A DNA stretch of 64,000 nucleotides from Anthoceros angustus (taxonomy: Eukaryota; Plantae; Anthocerotophyta), in contig MU008150.1 of NCBI GenBank assembly GCA_010909165.1, forward strand, positions 496,001 through 560,000, written 5' to 3'. Below are positions 60,541 to 64,000 of the stretch, in pieces. Positions within the stretch are counted from its first letter, which is position 1. The number at the start of each line of letters is the position of its first letter. A model generated the notes under the pieces. That model did not search any database. It saw nothing but the letters and a program-made list of their open reading frames with translations, and was not told the DNA's origin. The position numbers and the translations under genes were made by a program.

Positions 60541-62427
60541 AAGCATGTCAGCGTGTCAACAAAGTCGGCGACGGCCATCAAACCCTAATGCTACGAATTT
60601 TTTTTTGAGACATGCATTCTGTACACCGGAAGGAGGATTTGGAGAATCGTTGTTATACTTGCAACACTCCGAAACTGTCCGGCATATCGAAACAAAGTTT
60701 TCAATGGGACTGTATGTTCTTGAGAGATTTTTTCTAGAGAGATTTTTAGAGCTGAGCATTCGGTACACCAACTTTTAGCTCCAAAAAATGTTTTCCATCT
60801 CAAAATGCTCTCATTTTAGAATTGAGCATTCGATACACCAACTTTAACTCCGTAGTGATTTCCATCGCCCAAAACGCCCTCATTCAAATTTCCAGGGATT
60901 TCATTGAGAAGAATACTCGCAATCCAAATCTCTAAACCTTGAATTCCAGCATCCGAGATGTAGAAGAAGAAGAAGAATTGTATTTAAGTCCACTAAGGAC
61001 GGATTTTCGTCATGGGACTGAAATATAGCAACTACATAGATTGCGATAAAATGGTTTGGACGAATGCAAAGGTAAAATTCAAACAAGATAAATAATCTTT
61101 AATTAATCAACAGTGTCAATGAAAATACGTGAATGAGGGCTAAACACCACCAATTCATCCTTACGAAAGAAAGTCACTTGACCTAGAGCACGAGCAGCTC
61201 TGAAAGCGGGTAACTTCTCCTTCTTAGTCTTCCATTGCAATGGTGTAAGATCCTAATTGATGTATAACTGAGTTGTCCGTAACATAGACCTAGCCATCAT
61301 AACCTGGAGGCAATAATCCATAGAGTGAAAAGTCCTAATCAATATGAGCTCTCTATCAGGATCCTTTCCAAGCTAGAAGGCTCGAGGAATGACCACATCG
61401 ACCTCTAGCCAATTGAGAAACTCTTTTGCAGCCACAAGTGGTGCAACAATATCATTACCAAGACCAAAATTTCTCAAGTTCAAAATACGTTGAGCATGGT
61501 CCCCGTCGTCTCAGAAACAATTTCCGATATTATGTTACCACCGGGATAAGAAGAAGCAAGGGATCATTAAACACTAGGAGGTTTTTACCAGTAAGCTTCT
61601 CAAAATATGTAGATTAAATTTATTCCATTGAAGTGAAATAATCTCGAAATATGTAGATTAAATTTATTCCATTGAAGTAAAATAATTTTTCAAATTCATG
61701 GCTTTCTTCTGTATAGTTCGTGAAGAAACTTCATTTTCTAACTTCATTTTGTAACTTCATGTGGGTTAGCGTTATTAAATAAAGTAAGGAAAGTAAGGCA
61801 TCAACCTTGGAGATGCTTTGTACTCATCTCAGCGGTCGGGGATGCGGGCCAGCTGTTCCCGCTGTTGCAGAGAGGGAAGTTGCTGTTGTCCGGCAACTGT
61901 GGTGTCAATGCCAGTCAAGCCGCGCGTGTCAGTTGTTCAGTTGAGCGAGCAAATAGAAACAATCGGTGAAAGTGGAACTTCGTGTTGGTGGTACGGTTTC
62001 AGAGCAGGTAGAAGCAACGTGACGCACTGATGATGAAAATTGCTTGGATTTTGCTGCTGCTTGTCGCATCTTGCACATGCGCCTGGCACCGTCCCTGCTG
62101 TCGATCAAACGTCCACACCAACTCCTTGACTGTTGAAGGAAGTCTCAGATGCCGTCTGCTTTGAATCAACAAACGACATTGTTCTAATTCCCTTCAACTC
62201 CCCAAGCACGTCCGGAAGTCTCCCTTTTCCCAGCTACCGACATTGTGAGCCCGGACATCTCCTTTTCCCAGCTACCAACATTGTGTGCAATGCAGCGGAA
62301 TAGACATGCTTAGAGAAGCCGTTTGCAAGCCAGGAGCTCTGGCTTTGTTTTGTCGTGCACAAGACGCAGATGTCTTAAAACCTGCTGAATAGGTGAGGGA
62401 AGAGACAGAAATCGGGCATTACAGAGA

Positions 62428-63617
62428 ATGGCAGCTCGCAGATCCGGCACGGTTAGGTGCGACGAGCTCGTCCTTGTCTTGCTGCTCTTCAGGTTGCTCT
62501 TTGGAGCTGAGGGCCAGGCTGTGCCGGCGGCCTGCCCGGCCACCTGCACGGATGCGCAGGCGTATTTCATTGCCAGCCCGACTGCCCCTTCTCCTTTCAC
62601 TTTTGGAGCGATTGCCAACAACTTCAACATCGCCGTTGTGGATCTGGCGGGAGCAAACAACGAGGACTTGACAGATCTTTCGACAGTCGGAGGCATTATT
62701 GTGCAGGCCTCTGGAGAAGTGCGAGTGCCCCTCCCGACCTGTTCCTGCAAGGGAGGGGTATACACCGCAGACAATGTCACCTACACGGTGCAATCTGGAG
62801 ACAGCCTGTCCGCCATTGCGTCGGTGACCTATGGCGGACTCGTTATTTACCAGGACATAGCTACCGCGAACAACATCGGCGATCCTTCCCTGATAGAGGT
62901 GTGATGTCCACTGGATGCGGTTTGGAAACCTTGCTTTCGCTTCCATCTCTGACACAAGGCTCTGGATCCGATTTCTCTGCTCTGTTTGTGCAGCCTGGAC
63001 AGCAGTTCGTCATCCCTATTCCTTGCACTTGCGTGGCACGGCCTGAAACTCCGCCCGCAGTGGCTCTGTCCTACGTGATCGTTCTCAACGACGACTATAC
63101 TCTGGTTGCGAGCAAGTTCAACACAAATGCAGATGCTGTTGTGTCACTCAACCCTTCTGTGAATGCTTCTGCCCTGGTTGCAGGCCAAGTGATCGAGGTT
63201 CCTCTTCCTGGTAAAATCACAACGCCAACGTAGCAGTCATACAAGACAGACTCCATGTGATGCTCCTTTTCCTTGATCTGACATGGAACTGACAAGATGG
63301 TGTTTGATTCATCCATCCTGTACACTGTCAGCTTGCTCTTTCAATCTGTCAACTGGGAGTCTCCTGGTGGCCTACGATGCCTACACTGTCACTGCAGGCA
63401 CCTGCGTGCAATGCAATTGCAGGGCTTCGGAGTCAGGGGATCCTACTGGCGAATGTGTGCCATTCCCGGCCTCCGATTCCTGCTCCGCCAGCTTGACGTG
63501 CCCTGGCACGAACCTGACCATCGGGAGCTCAATTACAGTACAGAAAACGGCTTCCTCCTGTGAGGTCACCACATGCTCATACGACGGATACTCCACTTCG
63601 GCAGGCATACTCACCAA
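62428..63617 (+). CDS. Extracellular LysM-domain protein (LYM1/LYM2/CEBiP type), exons 1-3; 3' end not resolved
   Basis: Signal peptide; CxC-separated LysMs (YTVQSGDSLSAIA; LSYVIVLNDDYTLVASKF); Cys-rich C-terminal domain (TAGTCVQCNC...CSYDGY). Exons 62428-62898, 62994-63210 and 63332-63617, GT-AG with consistent phase. Confidence 0.9.
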
Positions 63618-64000
63618 GTAAGTAACAAGTCATGTGCTGCTGGACGGTAGTACTGATGGTGCCTTGCCCAGCTACTCAACCTATGCATGTCATGCCCGTG
63701 ATGCTCTGCTTGCAACTTGCAACTGGCATTTACAGCCACTGATCGATGTAACGTGTCCTGTCGCTGGTGGTGCAGAGTGCAGAACGAAACCGTGACTGGA
63801 ATCTGTTCAGGTGAGAATGCCAGACCTAGAACCAACAGGGCATGCCAGCTTGCGTATGGGTGCATACAGTGTGCATTCCGTGATATGTCAGGTCGGGGCA
63901 GGACACGGCAGGGCATGAGTGTATGGTTGTGTGGTGACGTCTTGGATTGACAAGTCTGTGGTCGTGCTTGATGCAGAGATTGCAACACCCCCGCCTCCTC

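Noticed and set aside
1-64000. rRNA, tRNA or organellar DNA insertions
   Set aside because: None recognised; the only tRNA-related sequences are the 12-nt PBS motifs.

Overview
Eukaryotic nuclear DNA. Spliceosomal GT-AG introns, TTTAGGG arrays and fern/hornwort-style PLS-PPR genes point to a non-seed land plant (inference). About three quarters of the window is nested, decayed mobile DNA: two near-complete Copia LTR elements, Gypsy remnants (one Tat/Athila-like with a long extra ORF, one with an integrase-PHD finger fusion), two members of one 4-bp-TSD TIR family, a Sola-like DDE transposase, the 3' end of an RLE (CRE-like) LINE, and a 2.3-kb tandem unit carrying interstitial telomeric arrays. 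Open-frame host genes are a five-exon CYP71-clan cytochrome P450, a PLS-E+ PPR gene and a LysM (LYM/CEBiP-type) gene. Three features stand out: (i) an intron-containing Crypton/DUF3504-type tyrosine-recombinase gene; (ii) both halves of a bacterial-style beta-class N4C/N6A DNA methyltransferase lying between a Copia RNase H and a copy of that element's LTR; (iii) PLS-PPR genes carrying an N-terminal OSB-type PDF (ssDNA-binding) motif. All family assignments come from motif recognition by eye, not database searches. Many frameshifts in repeats may be consensus errors, because the single-copy genes are clean.
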